Below, piece by piece: positions 62,568 through 64,000 of a stretch of 64,000 nt of DNA (position 1 is its first letter; every line of letters begins with the position of its first letter). Source of the stretch: the human T2T-CHM13v2.0 reference genome, Homo sapiens. The notes below the pieces were generated by a model. It saw only the letters and a program-made list of their open reading frames with translations, made no database searches and was not told where the DNA came from. The translations under genes were made by a program, and so were the position numbers. The stretch is taken from NCBI RefSeq assembly GCF_009914755.1, contig NC_060937.1, one strand, 5' to 3'.

Positions 62568-63042
62568 AGTCACAGAGTGGCAAGTTGGATTAAAAAAACA
62601 AAACCCATCTGTCTGCTGTCTTCAAGAGACCCATCTCACATGTAACAACACCAATAGGTTCAAAGTAAAGGGTTGAAGAAAGATCTGTCACACAAACAAA
62701 ACACAAAAAAGAGCAGGGGTCACTATTCCTAAAACAGATAAAACAAGCTTTAAACCAACAATAGTAAAAAAGGACAAAGAAGAGCATTACATAATGATAC
62801 GGAGTTCAATTCAACAAGAAGCCTTAACTATCCTAAATATATATGCACCCAACATTGGCTCACCCAGGTTAATAAAACAGATACTTCTAGACCTATGAAA
62901 AGACTTAGCCACACAACAATAGTCAGGGGACTTCAACACCCCACTGATAACATTACACAGATCATAAAGACGGAAAACTAACAAAGAAATTCTGGACTTA
63001 AATTCAACACTTGATCAATTGGACCTAATAGGAACCTAAAGA

Positions 63043-63348
<306 letters not shown>

Positions 63349-63796
63349 TCACAGCTGAATTCTATCAACTATACAAAGAAGAACTGGTACCAGTTCTACT
63401 GAAACTATTCTAAAAAATTGAGGAGGGACTCTTCCCTAATTCATTCCATGAATCCTGCATCACCCTGAAACCAAAACCTGGCAAAGACACAATAAAAAAA
63501 AGAAAACTAAAAGGTAATCTCAATGATGAAGACAGCCACAAAAATCCTTAACAAAATACTGGCGAACCAAATCCAACAGCACATCAAAAAGTTCATGATC
63601 AAGTAAGCTTCATTCCAAGGATACAAGGTTCAGCATATGCAAACCAATAAATGTGATTCACCACACAAACAGAATTAAACAGAAACCACATGATCATCTC
63701 AACAGATGCAGAAAAAAAAGCTTTTGATAAAATCCAACATCTTTCTTGATAAAAAAAAAACACTCAAGAAACGAGGAATCAAAGGAACATACTTCA

Positions 63797-64000
<204 letters not shown>

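Overview
Hominid genomic DNA, most likely human 13q12 (the CENPJ peptide matches the human protein as I recall it). All gene and repeat-subfamily names come from my recognition of translated or consensus sequence, not from a database search. Positions 1-13.4 kb hold the 5' end of CENPJ/CPAP on the minus strand: coding exons 2-3, a non-coding exon 1, a CpG-island promoter and an intron 1 packed with nested transposons. An internally deleted HERV-K(HML-5) provirus follows. From about 22 kb onward lies a segmental-duplication mosaic of unprocessed gene fragments: PARP4 (first coding exon and last exon only, +), SLC25A15 (three exons, +) and seven 3' exons of a TPTE2 pseudogene (TPTE2P1, -). These are interspersed with LTR22, LTR14 and LTR5 solo LTRs, MER85, L1PB-type LINEs, about 35 Alus and a full-length SVA. 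The most interesting signals are three. First, a phase-compatible minus-strand chimeric gene: an antisense ORF and splice donor in an old L1 5'UTR (ORF0-like) joins in frame to the TPTE terminal exon, which carries an internal donor leading on to cryptic exons. Second, a candidate LTR-driven mini-PARP4 transcript. Third, a CENPJ overlapping uORF ending in a TGATG stop-start at Met4. All three are splice models inferred from sequence and need RNA evidence. No prokaryotic-type features (CRISPR, operons, rRNA or tRNA genes) were seen.
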